In this document: positions 28,276 to 42,000 of the stretch, in pieces
Position numbering within the stretch: position 1 is the stretch's first letter
How the letters are laid out: each line of letters opens with the position of its first letter
NCBI GenBank assembly: GCA_964016885.1
Contig: OZ024741.1
Span: forward strand, 92,132,001 to 92,196,000
DNA length: 64,000 nt
Direction: 5' to 3'
DNA from: Eledone cirrhosa
Taxonomy: Eukaryota
Notes under the pieces: generated by a model
Told to the model about the DNA's origin: nothing
The model's database searches: none
Seen by the model: only the letters and a program-made list of their open reading frames with translations
Translations under genes and position numbers: made by a program

Positions 28276-30519
28276 TCAACCTGTAAGGGAGACAACTCTG
28301 GATATATCTCAGTTTTCTTTGACAACTGTTATAATGAATAAATCAGTTTTGCGGGGTGTAAAGCGGTAATGAAAAGGTAGTACTGAATGTCTTTAAACTA
28401 AGTTGAAAATTTCAGTTACTTTGTTAAAACCATAATATACACACGCTATTTCGTATCGTTTATTCATTAAGTAAACATTTCTCTCTATCGATTGTTAAAA
28501 CATTCTGAGGAGGGAGTAATTGTGGCAGGGAAGGAGGTTCGTGGGAAAATTCATTTAAATAAATGAAGTGCTTGGTAGTGAAAAGGTTGGAGACTACTGT
28601 TAAGTCAACTAGCAACTTGCTTTTGTAATAAGCCATATTCTTGCTGAATTCCTGGATTTATTGCTTTTGCAGGGTGCAGCCCCAACACCACCGTGCCCTA
28701 GGCCCAGAGCCCATCACCCTCTCCCACTCCCCTTCCCCCCTTCTATTTCTTCTGTAGCCCAAGAGTCCTGGCTTTTTTCTTCCTTTTCCTCTCATATATG
28801 GCATTTATAGTTCTTTCCTCTACTTTCTCATACAGCCAAATCTGCACTTCTCCACCCCTTCCCCCTTTTCTCATTACTTAATTTTGCTTTCTTTTTCATA
28901 TTTATGTAATCATCAATGGTTTTTAAGCCAACTTTGTGTTTCTGAAATCAATGTACTGTTTGTAGGGTGTATATAACCTACTTTATTTATTTATTTATAT
29001 TATTATTATTATGATTATATGGCATTGGATGAAGTGCTTTGTGGTATTTGCTTTGGCCCTTTGCGTTCAGAGTTCAAATCCCGGGGTCGATAAAATAAAG
29101 TACCAGTAACACACTGGAGTCGATTTAATCGCCTTTCTCCTCCCCCAAAATGGATGGCCTTGTGCCTAAATCAGAAATCCATTATTGGCATCGTATAAAG
29201 TGCCTTGCGGTATTTGTTTCAGCTCTTTACGTTCTGAGTTTGAAACCAGCCGAGGTCAACTTTGCCTTTCATTCTTTTGAGGTTGATAAAATAAAGTACT
29301 GGGTCGATTTAATTAACTTTCCTCTTCTCTTCAAATTGCTAGTCTTCAAATTACAAGGGTAATTCGTTAGAAGATCAAGTTGGTAAAGTTATGCTAAGAA
29401 CTGTTGAGCTCAAAATGGCTCAACAATCAACAAATAGAATGAACCATTTATCCAAAGTGTAATCCATATGTAGTCAAGAATTGGGTAAACAAATATAGGT
29501 TATTGTATGAATGTTAGTACACTGTACACTAAGCATTTAAATAATAAATCCAGGAACGACATGTTTCAACAAGTCAAATGCAAAGCATATGGAAAATGGA
29601 AAATGTTATTAAGCTCCATTATAGTATATATGAATAAATCTATACACTAGGATGTGAACATAAAACCAAATAATGTACCTGAACACATAATTTCATATCT
29701 TTTTTGTATCATCAGAGACAATAAAAGCATAAGAGTTATAATGTTATCATGATGCTCAGGTGGCTTTATTATGGAGATATATTTCTCTTAAAATAAACAA
29801 ATCTTTTTTATGTCTCTAGCGATACAAACGAGATGTGAAATTATGTGTTCAAGGATATAATTTGGTTTTATGGTCACAGCTTAGAATATGGATTTACTCC
29901 TAATTACTATAATTGAGCTTAATCAAATTCTTCCATTTAGCATATTCTTTGCATTTTATTTGTTGAAACACATGTAAGATAATAAAAAATGTCTTGTTCA
30001 AATTAAATATATTTATCATTCCAAAGTAGGCTACAATGTGATTATAAATCAGAGAGTAAAGACCTAGATCTAATAATACTAGACACTTCATTCAAAACCC
30101 TAACAGTTCTGCCAATCCACCACTCTGGACTGGTACTTTGTTTTATCAACCCCAAGAGCATGAAAGGCAAAGTCACCTTTGGGATGTGATTTGGACTCGG
30201 AGCATGGCGAGCTGGAACACATGTTCTCTCATGCTCTAATTACTCAGTCAATATGCTATGTAACTCTGTCATTTAAAAATGAATAGAAACTGGAGTTTCA
30301 GGACGTAAACCACCCCTGGAAATAAAATCATTCCTACACTGTATGTACATTGTTTGTAAACTGGTCAGTCCTGAAGCAACCCACACATCCAAATATTGGG
30401 AAAATGTTTGCAAATATTCACAGAAATATTTAAAATTTAGCTTTATTCCTTCAATCACTAACAAAACAATACAGATCTCCAGTGTGATATCTTCCTCTTT
30501 CATCATCATCAGTAGCAGC

Positions 30520-31135
30520 AGCATCACTGATTTATGTTCATATTTCTATGTTTGCATGGATCAGATGGGTCCTTTCCGGCATAGCATTCTTCCACGCATC
30601 ATGGTTCTTTGTCAACTCAGGAGTGAGATTCAGTGATTTGAAATTAGATCTCACAACCTCTGCCTTAGCCTCCCTCTACAATAGCTTCCTTCCACTGGAA
30701 ATGCTTGGCACTTCTTTACCAACTGATCATCATCCATATGTATCACATTACCATACCTGTGCAGTCTTCTCTTCAGCTCACTACATCTGATTCCTCATAT
30801 CTATCTTTTCTTGCAGCTCAACTATGCTTTCTCTTTCAAACATATTAATATTGCCCATCCACTGAAGCATGCTTACTTCATTTCTCTCAAACTTTCACAT
30901 ATCCTCTATGTTCACTGCCCATGTCTCACAACCATGCAACATCATACTTTGCCCACAAGCATCATACAGCTGGTCTTTCTTTTGTAGAGAGAAACCTTTT
31001 GTTATTAACAGAGATAGTAGCTCCCTGAATGTTTTCCATCCTGCTCTTACTCTATCTACTATGCCCTTGGTGCAGCCACTTCCCCAACTAATTTGATCAC
31101 TAGAGGCAATGAAAAGAGATTCAGGTACTGCCATT
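30520..31135 (-). mobile_element. Decayed RTE-like LINE 3' fragment
   Basis: RVRAGWKTFRELLSLLITKGFSL...LYDACGQSMMLHGCETWAV, homologous to 61150-61345 and 62800-63000. Confidence 0.85.
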
Positions 31136-31591
31136 TCCTCCATGATTAAACCTTTTTTTTTTATGTTTTCAATTAAAAAGAAAATATTTTGTTCAATAAA
31201 AGTGTTCTTTTTAATGTTAGGCTCACAATCAAAAGGTCGTGAGTTCAATTCCAGGACTGGACAGCATACTGTGTCCTTGAGCAAGACATTTTATTTCACA
31301 TTGGTCCAGTCAACAGCTGAAAAAAAAATGAATTTCAATGACATTGGTGACAAGCTGTATTGACTTTTGCCTTTCCCTTAGACAACAACAGTGGTATGGA
31401 GAGTGAAGACTTGACTGCTAGGGAAATGCTGGTCTTTCACGAAAAACCATGCCCAGGCTTGTAGCATGCATGTATGTGCTAATTAATCTCTACATATAAT
31501 ACCAATCGCAAACATGATACTCATCAGAATAGTCTATTTATTTACATTATCAATTCACACAATAGTGTACAATATATATATATATATATAT

Positions 31592-32500
31592 ATTTATTTA
31601 GGGCAGGGAAAATTCCCGAGATCCATTGACAAGTGCTCTCCAGCTGTCTCTCCTTCATCATCGCTGCCATGTCCTGCATCTCCCAGAGACCAGTGTCTGT
31701 CCTTAGGGCATCAATATATGTCAACCTCGGTCTCCTTCTTCTAGTGTATCCATGTAGGGGCTCCCACAGAAGCACTGAGTGCAGTGTCAACTCTGAATGT
31801 CAGTGAGCATGTCCAGCAAACCTCAGTTTTCTCTATGTTACTTTCAAGCTGTCATAGTTTTCATTGACTTTAGGAAGGCTTTTGATTCTTTGGACCGTCA
31901 CTGCCTGATGAAGATCTTGCAGGCTTATGGAATCCCCAAAAAGATAGTGGACCTGATATCACTGCTTTACACCAACACCAGAGCCCAAGTCATTACACCT
32001 GACAGGATGACGGAGTTCTTTGGGATACTGGCTGGAGTGCTCCAGGGAGATACATTGGCTCCCTACCTTTTTATCATCACAGTGGACTATTGTATGTGCC
32101 TTGTGCTGGAGAAACACCAGGACTCTGGCTATACTGTAGCACTGGCTCAGAGCAGGAGAGTTAAGGCTAGAAAGGCATCAAATGCTGAATTTGCTGACGA
32201 CATAGTTCTGGTGACAAACATAATGAAGGAGGCAGAGGAGTTGATGCAGGAGGTGGAGACAGTGTTGATGAGTGTGGGGCTGAGAATGAATGAGATTAAG
32301 ACGAAGTATCTGGTACAGATCATTAAGAAGCCAGAGAAGATTATGAACATGGGGGGAAGCCGCTAGAGTTGGTTGAGGATTTCCTGTATCTGGGAGCAAA
32401 GATTGGAAACACAGAGGATGATGTGGTTGAGAGGAAGAGCAAAGCCTGGGCAGCATGCCACAGTTTGAGATCGGTGTGGAGGTCAAACCTTTGTAAATAC
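31592..32500. mobile_element. RTE-like LINE with inverted halves: 3' end on - strand (31592-31840), RT core on + strand (31845-32500)
   Basis: Plus: FIDFRKAFDS, GVLQGDTLAPYLF, EFADD, FLYLG. Minus: RKLRFAGH...LLWEPLHG..RRRRPRLTYID, ending in a TAAA tail. Confidence 0.85.
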
Positions 32501-32984
32501 CTGAAGAAAATTGTGTACAGTGCTCAGGTGCACTACAACTCATCAAAGGTGCATGTATAGTACATAGAATTATATATATGTGTATGTATCATCATCATCA
32601 TCATCATCATCGTTTAACGTCCATGTTCCACGCTTGCATGGGTTTGGACGGGAGTTTTCCCACTTGAGGCAAGAGTGGTTGTCTTGCTCGCATAGGACTG
32701 TCTGGCGGGTTTTCTACAGTTGGATGCCCTTCCTAACACCAACCACATTTACAGTGTGGGGCTGGGAGGTTTTTACCGTGTTGCCTACACGGTCACATTA
32801 CAGCGTGGACTGTGTGTTTTTTTGTCGTGACACTACACGATCTCATTTGTTTCGGCCTGGATTTTGTGGCACCAACATGTATATATATATATATGTGTGT
32901 GTGTGTATGTGTACATATATATATGTATCAGTTCCCGTCCCACCCTTGCAAGCAGGGAAAAAGCGGACGTAAAATGAAATGATG

Positions 32985-33109
<125 letters not shown>

Positions 33110-33312
33110 TATAACAGTCAATGTACAAAGATCAGGGATGATATGCAGGGAGGCACAAGAAAGTATCGTCTGATTCAAAGAGTGAAAGAGAGAAAGGAAA
33201 AAATTAGGTAACTTATAGTCAGGCGATGTTATTGTTATCTATCATAACCCAGTTGAAGTCTGATCGAGCAGTTTAGTCTGTCTATTTACTATTGAGATCT
33301 TAGTATATAGCT

Positions 33313-33382
33313 ATGGCAGAACTTCTACGTTCGTTAACACTTGAGAATGAGACCAAAGAGCCAATAGAAACTACAATAACAG
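33313..33382 (+). CDS. Carotenoid oxygenase coding exon 1 (MAELLRSLTLENETKEPIETTIT-G)
   Basis: ATG at 33313; donor ACAG|GTAAAA, phase 1, completes GGT with exon 2. Resembles the family N-terminal E...P....V.G segment. An upstream exon splicing to the AG at 33309-33310 is not excluded. Confidence 0.8.
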
Positions 33383-36300
33383 GTAAAATGATATTATTAC
33401 TTACTGTTTCCCATTATATTTCTCTATCTGTTTATATTTCTGTCTTGTTGGCTTCTTGCTACAATAATTTCTATACTTTTCATTTATATCTATATCTATA
33501 AATATATATATATATGTTCATCTATCTATTTCTCTCCCGCTGTGTTTGGACTTTGTTTTGTTTTTTAAAAAACTGTTTTACTGGTTTCAGTCAATACAAT
33601 AAACAGTGCCCATGCTGGGACCTCACCTGCAAGTCGATATATCGTCACCAGTACTTTTTCTTTTTTTTTTTTTTTTGAAGTCTCATACTTATTTTATCGA
33701 TGTCTTTTTGTCGAACCATTAGGAACGAGACATGAACACAGATGAGGTCAGACACCCCCACCCACAGGTACTTGAAAACATGTTTTACTAGCTGTTTCTA
33801 GTTATTTTTTTAGCTAAACATTTCAGAATCCAAGCTGGATTTTATTCCCTGTTGTATAAAGAGAGATATAATAATACAATACTTACAGAACTAAAGCACA
33901 AACAAATATAATATAATTTTTTTTATTTTAGGCACAAGGCCAGCAATTTACAGTACATTACTGGTACTTTATTTTATCGACCCCGTAAGGATGAAAGGCA
34001 AAGTTAACCTCGGCGGGATTTGAACTCAGATCATAAAGGGACGTAACTCTATGCTTCAAAGCATGGCGTCCGACCCTCTACTGATACTGCCAAAATGGAA
34101 AGGGAGAGGAGAAACAGAAAAAAAGAAAGGAAAAGAAAGAGAAAAGAAAAAAAAAACACATCTGGGACCTCGTAGAACAAAAGGCAGGCGAAAGAGGTGG
34201 ACAACGGAACTGCAACCAAAGTAAAAGATAACGGTATCGAAACCTCTCTAATGATTTTTGAGGCAAGCCTGCACGCTCACATCGTTACCTCGGGTGATGG
34301 CGAGGCTGATGCGCTGGAACAACCAAGCGCTCTCATGTTTAATCATGGTGGAAATGGCAGTACCTGTGTGTGTGATTAGTTACAACAGTGACATATACAG
34401 GAACTTAAGTTTCGTTAGGTTATACACCCCAACTCATTTAGCCTGTTATATAAACAAATAGAAGCTACAACATATATATATATATCTTGTGAAGGCGAGC
34501 AGCTTAGTGGTTAGAGCAGCGGATTCACAATCGTGTGGTTTTGAATTCGATTCCCGGACCGAGTGCTGCGTTGTGTCCTTGAGCTAGATACTTTATTTTA
34601 CGTTGCTCCAGTTCACTCAGCTGTAGAAATGAGTTGCCACATCACTAGTGCCAAGCTGTATCTGCCACTGATGTCATCCAAGCTTTGGACGACATCAGTG
34701 GCAGAGAGGAGACTGGTATGCATGGGCGACTGCTGGTCTTCCACAAAATTTTTTACCTAGTCCTCTCTTGGTTCGAAACCCATGGTCATTCATGACTGAA
34801 AGGGGTCTTTACCCTTATATATATATATGTAGCTGAATCTGTCCGCGCTGAACTTTGTGTGATACCTAAAGGTTAAATCCTAGGTCAACACTCTCTTTGG
34901 TGTAGACAGGTGGATTCGTTGGCTGTTCTCTCAAGGTGGGGGACAGCAAGTGACAGCTATATACAGACCATGTACAAGCCATTCCACACAGTGACATCTA
35001 AGCGATAGGATATACAACTAAATATGTAAGGATTTACTGCTATCAATAGACCCCCAGTGGTCTACAAACAGAGATATCGAAGCGCTAGGATACAAAAATA
35101 ATATGTAAGGATTTACTGCTATCAATAGACCCCCAGTGGTCTACAGCCAGAGACATCGGAACACCCCACTACAGAACAAGCTATGTAAAGATTCACCACT
35201 ATTCAACAGACCCCATGAAGTCTACAGATACACCCAGAGCGATTGGAACCCTGCTATACAGAACACAAATGTGGAAGATTCAGCGCTGTATGCAGTTCAC
35301 GGTATTTCAGTTACTACAGACCATTCAGAGCTATACATACCATACTCTCTAACTAACACAGTCTAACAACTATTACCACGAATTCCAACAACAACAACAA
35401 TTATCTGTAACTCGCTGTTTTAACACCAACAACAACAAGACTACAACAGCCTACACTTCAACAACAAAATAATATTGTCAATCTTTGCAACTTATGGTAA
35501 CGTGTTTATTGTACCTTTTAATTAATTCGCGTGAAGTAAATATATATAACCAAATCAATTATTCCTTATATTCCTATTTCGAGTTATTACATTTATTCTT
35601 ATTATTCTTGTTATAATCATAACAAATAACCACATATAATCTATCTAAACTTTCATTTATACCTTTCGTTAAATATATATATATGTATATACTTCGTTTT
35701 TGAATTTGTTTTGCAAGATTTCTTATCTGAAAACGTGTGTTGAAACAGATATTGTTATACTTTGGGAAGGTCATGCTGCCAATAAAAACACACACACCTG
35801 TTGGTTTTTCACTTCAATTTATTATAAATTTCCAGTTGGTTGGTTAGTTCGATAACCGGATGGTTGTTTATATATTGCCAAAGCTCTTTCGTCAACATTC
35901 TGTGACCTCCTCAGTGACTGGGTTTATATTTTGTGTCTCTCCTTTATTCTGTCCTACACCATCTTGTTTTTGTGTGTTGTGTCACAATGAGTGTAAGTGT
36001 GCGCACAGGGACACGGGTGCATGCGTGTGTACACATATACATGTGTGCGTGTGAGTGAACGCAGACATGTGTACACACATTCATACCCACACACTTCCAT
36101 CCACAACACATTTAACACGCACACAACTACCACTGCTCCCCTCTTCTCCTCTCCTTTTTATTTTCTTATTTTCTTTCTAATTTTATTTTAAACAAACTTT
36201 GATCAGGTGACCATAATAGTACCAACTGAAGTACGCATTAGTGTGACAAACCTAAAAATATGTTATGGCAAAAGTGTGGATAATTTTTGGCCTACCCTTG

Positions 36301-38716
36301 TGTATATTGTACTAGCTGAATTACCCACGCCTTGCTGCGTTTCACATATTTTTTGGTAAGAAAATGATGATTGATTTTAAATCAGTGATATAATTTATGG
36401 AGACAAACTCTGCATTTCAATATTACTCAATGTAAAATGTAATGCATGAAAAATTGGAAAACATTATTTTTTGGTGGATTGGCAGTATCGGTAAAGGGTA
36501 GGACGCCATGCTTTGACGTATAGTTACAGCTCTTGCCATTCTGAGTTCAAATCCCGCCGAGATTAACTTTGCCTTTCATCCTTACGGGGTCGATAAAATA
36601 AAGTACCAGTAATGCACTGGGTAATTGCTAGCCTTGTGCCAAAAGTAGAAACAATTATTTTTTGTAATATATCAAATCAAAATTACATTATTAAATCTTA
36701 TTCTTATTTTGTTTCTTGTAAATAATTTTTTTCAAAATATCAATTCAAAACTTTTGTGAATAGGCATCATATCTTGTCATTTATCTATGGTTTAAATTTC
36801 ATATAAATCGAAGGGAAAACATTTTCAGCAGGGTTTGTGCCTCCAGGGAACCCCAATAGGGGGTTTAACCATTAGGGTGTCTTAATGTTATTGAATTTTG
36901 CTGAATTCCACCCACATCCTAACATTCCACCCTTCATCCACGTCCTGACATCCCCACCCTTCATTAGATAAGTGTCCCACCTTTCCATAGATTGTGCACC
37001 TCCCCCACCCAGCCCCCTGTCTACACTGTAAAGTGGTCGTTTTCGTGCCACAACAAAAAAAGCCCAGGCCACACTGTAAAGTGGTCATATTGGTGTTGTG
37101 ACAAAAAGGACCCAGTCCACACTGTAAAGTGGTTATGTAGGTGTCACAATAAAGTGCACCCAGTCCACCTTGTCAATGTGGTTGGCATTAGGAAGGACCA
37201 TGCAGCCATAGAAACCAAGCCCAAATCAGTTCTGTATGAGCAAGACAGTCATCTGGTCTGGTTTGTCTCACAAAGGGACAACTCGTCTAACCCATGCTAG
37301 TGGAGAGAAATGGACTTTAAACGGTGATGATAATGATATATAAACACACACACTCACATAGACATGCAGTCATACATGCACACACACACACATGGTGGGC
37401 TTCTACAGTTTCTGTCTACCAAATTTCATTCACAAGGCATTGGTTAATCAGATGCTGAAACAGAAAACACTTGCCCATGGTGCCACACAGTGGTGCCAAC
37501 CCATATAATTGTAAAGCGAACCCCTTAACAAAACAACCATGCCTGCCCCTATAAAAAAATCATATACACTTTTATTTAAATCAATAAACAAAAAATCAGA
37601 AGGAAGCAATACATAAGGAAGGAGAAAACATGCCAATTTATTTTCACACTACAATAGGGAATGCTGATGATGCTTTCTAAACATTTTTGAGACGATCCAA
37701 AACCTTTATGACTGTCTATGATAGAGAGATTAACGCACTGAAATAACCAAGCCCGCTACACTCATTACCTTATACTTCAGTCTTTGTATGTTATTTCTTT
37801 CTATTTCTTCTTTCCCTCTTCCTCTTCTTTCTTTCACTCTCCCCACTCTCTATCTATCTCTATATTTTACATTATCTATACAATTTGTAGATAAAGCTCT
37901 GGATGTTTTTTGTCTAGTAATCGCATGGATAATCTGAATTATACAAAGTTTTTCAACTCATTATTATATATGAAACCCTACCTTATCTATCAATGTTTTT
38001 TGTACATTGTACCTGTTCCTGAAATTGTTACTATTTTTTGTCATTGGCACAGACAGGACCAGGGCTACCATTAAAGCTAACTAGGCAGCCACTACAGACA
38101 CAGGCCTCAGAGATGCACTGTACTAAACTTTCAAGTATCACAGTTTTATGCAAATATTGTATAATTAATGAAAATATATAATTTCCTAGGATCAATAAAT
38201 AATTCACTAAATATTTTTGCCATAATGCAGCATTATAAACATATCTAAAGCAATGAAGAGGGTTGTATGGTGTTATGACCTATCACATGATTTGGTATGA
38301 GTGGGGACTATGTGGTAAATAATGCAGGCTTAGTAATTTTCTTAGTGTCATCAGAGCAGCTTGCCAAACTGTAAGTTGAAATTATTTTATCAGAGAGAAA
38401 TGGGGCTCATAATTAGGTGAATGGTGCTAAATACTCAAGCACCAGTCCTGCTGACATTGGTACAGTGTCATAATTTTGGGGGTGGTTATAACCAATTTAA
38501 ATTGACTCCAGTACAGCGCTTGACTGATCATTTGTTTTATTTACATACCCGAGGCAGGATTTGGTATGAAACCCATTGTTTTACAGACAGAATATGTAAT
38601 ATTCCCTTTCTTCATCAAATTGTGACACATCTATGGTTGAGGAATCATCATCATCGTCATCATCGCTTTTACATCTGCTTTTCCATGCTTGCATGGGTTG
38701 GAAATTATTTTATATG

Positions 38717-38770
<54 letters not shown>

Positions 38771-39043
38771 GCAGACCTGTCGATTCTCCCATCCGATGGG
38801 GAGATCTCCCACCCACTTTGGGGTGGTTGAAAGATGTCTTCTCTTGTAAAAATGGGTATAGCGTTCATTATATAAAATCTCCCTATTTTACCTTATTTCT
38901 CCCCATTTTGGGCACTTTTTTTATGGCACTCCCCATTTGGATTTTTAAAGATTGGCAGGTCTGACATAGTGTGTTGTGGAACTAACTCAATACTGAACTC
39001 ATCCATTGCTCTACCAATTTTCGATATAACCCCAGGTTTTAGC

Positions 39044-39090
<47 letters not shown>

Positions 39091-42000
39091 TAAAATAACA
39101 GATTAAAGTTTAAGCAAAGAATCGCTGCTTTCACCCTTAACGGGATCTTCTGAAACTAACAAAGTCCATATATATATATATCATCATCATTTAACGTCCA
39201 TCTTCCACACTAGCATGGGTTAGACGATAGATATATATATTTTATCACCCCCTCTCCTTCTTCAGTCGACATAATCACCTCTTTGTGAGTCATCTCTAGT
39301 GTGTGACTAACAAATACACAAGGCTTTTATATTAGTAGATAGAAGAATGACACATTCTACTACACCAGTGATTTCCAAATTTATTGTGGAGGTTTGGAAT
39401 AAGTATGGCATTGGACTGGTCATAACTTTTGGGTTTTTCAATATCTTCGAAAATTTTCTCTGATTTCTTTTATTTACATGGGAAATTACAATTCTTCAAA
39501 AAAACATTTTTTTTAAACCTCTCTTCTAGCTTTTCTAATTTATTTTTGTATTATGTTTTAAACATAGATTACAATTCTGCAAAAAAAAAAACCTTTTCCA
39601 AACCTCAATTTTACAACCTGCCTTTATTTTTCCGCAGGTTTGTTTCTTACAGAAAAAAAGAAAAGAATATTAAACAAAATACCTGGCTGCATGGTTAAGG
39701 AGTTCTCTTCACAGCCATGTAGATTTGGGTTCCGTCCCACTGTGTGGCACCTTGGAGAAGTAACTGATACTATAGCCTCAGGTTGATCATTCATTGCCTT
39801 ATAAGTGAAATTTGGTAGATGGAAACTGCAAAAACCCATTGTGTATATTTGCATATATATGTATGTGCGTATTTACATTTGTGTGTCTGTGTTTATATCC
39901 CTTAACTTTGCTGTTCAACAAAGAAGAGATCAGTAAATAAATAAATACAGAACTTCAAAAAAAATAAGTACTGAGGCTGATATGATTGACTAAATCCCTC
40001 AAAGGCAGTGCCCCAGCATGGCCGCAATCAAATGACAGAAACCATCAAGAGAAGAAAAGGATAAAAGAATATATGTTTTATTTTCAGGTACCGTACCATC
40101 TTGGCTAAATGGCAGTCTCTATCGGAATGGTGCCGGAGTATTTGAAGTTGGTGAAACTCAGCTGAACCACCTGTTTGATGGATTAGCTGCAATCAGTCGC
40201 TTCGACATCAAAGATGGTCGTGTTTTCTATAAGAACCGCATATTACGCAGTAAAACATGGAATGAATCTATAAAAGCCAATCGCCTAGTCTACAGCCAGT
40301 TTGGCAAGCTGGCCATTCCTGATCCTTGTAAAAGTATTTTTTCTAGGTAAGCTATAATGATATGTAATAGTGATTTCAATTTCTTGGAGCTGACAGTAGT
40401 GGTAGTAGTGGTAGTAGTGGTGGTGGTGGTGGTGGTGGTGGCGGCGGCGGTGGTGGTTTGGTAGTGGCAATGGTAATAGTGGTAGTAGTAGTAGTAATGA
40501 AGATGGTGGTTGACAGCGTTTTATGACCATTTTCCCTACTAAAGCAATGGTTAGCCTTGTGGGTCCCATGCTAAGCTGCTCCAATTTGCTCTATCATCCT
40601 CATCCCTCTTTGCCAACCACCTAGTGTTCATTTCCTCACCATTATCTTTAGTTTTGTCTTTCTTGATTTCCCCTTCCTCTGCTTCCTCCACATTCATTTT
40701 CATCATTCTTCTCACCGAATCACTTTCATTCTTCCTTAACACATGACCTAACCAACCATCTCATTCCTTTTTTTCTTCACAACATTCATCACTAACTTTA
40801 TTTCCATCATCCTTAACAATTTTCTGTTTGTCTTCCACTCTGTCAATGATACTTCACTTTTCTGCAGAGCTATTCTCATTTCCATTCTTTTCATCTTTCT
40901 CTACTACTCCATATTCATCTTCTAGGTCTCACTCCCATAAAACTTCACACTTCTCACACATGCAGCATACACTTTTCCTTTCAGTTTCTTTGACACACAC
41001 CCCTACTTCAATAGCACCTTTCCCCACTTCAGTTCCCAGACCTTCTTTTATGTGCATCTAACTGTAGCTTCTCTTACCAAGTCCTATCTAGAACATAATT
41101 TCTCTCAATCTTCCGTTTTTCTAACTTTTTTATATGATCCTATCGTGTATCTTCTTTTCTAGGTTTTTCTCATTTTTCCAAATGCCGGACGCAACGGACA
41201 ACACAGCTGTAAATGTAGTCAAACATAGTGATGGAATATTTACTATGACAGAAACTGACAAATTGTTACAAATTGATCCTGATTCACTTGATCCAGTTGA
41301 CACTGTATGTATCTTTAGTAAAAAATATTCTTGTTGTAATGGTAGCAGAAATTATCCAAAAAGAAGATATAGATTGTAAGGCTGTGTGTTCATGTTCCAT
41401 AGTTGAGGAAAGGATCAGATCAGAAAGCATATGTTAAAATATAATAAAGGTTTATTTTCTTCTAAACATATTAATACAAGTACTAGGAGAGTGAAGGGCT
41501 GCAAATTAAGGCATAGTTAAGTTGAATGATAAAAATGTAATTCTCCTAAAAAAATGCTGAACGTAGTTACGTTGTTCCGCCCAGTTAAATCTGGAACTTA
41601 ACTGCTTTAGTAATACATCTTTAGTAATAAATAGTTGTATTATGAAGTATTTCACATGGACTCACATGAATTAACATTTTGTTATAATCATAAGATATGA
41701 ACAACAGACAAGGAGAGAATTTGTGTTGTACGAGGAATGTGTGTGAAATATGTTTAGGTAGGAAGAATGTTGCTGGGCCCTTGTCGAGAGGGCCAAAGTT
41801 TTTTGTTAAGTGCTACATCTTGCTAGTATGCATCAACCAGGAATGCGATTTATGAGGTCTGCTGTCGACGAAGTGAAAACCGCAACTGGTGGGTAGAACT
41901 GAAAAAAGGCGCGAAGCAACTGCTGAGTGGAAGTCGTCCTTTGTATTCATACGCCACCAACCCCGAGTTTTGGCGAATGACAAAGCACGACCAAATCATT

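Noticed and set aside
33121-33207. Upstream coding exon ending at TTAG|GTAACT and spliced to the AG at 33310
   Set aside because: The available ATGs hit a stop or join out of frame, and the acceptor lacks a pyrimidine tract. It could only be UTR, which is unsupported.
39121-39152. Hammerhead-like CAGAAGA-UCCC..GGGU-GAAA on the minus strand
   Set aside because: U4 is mutated, and there is no UH cleavage site or stem I. At best a dead relic.
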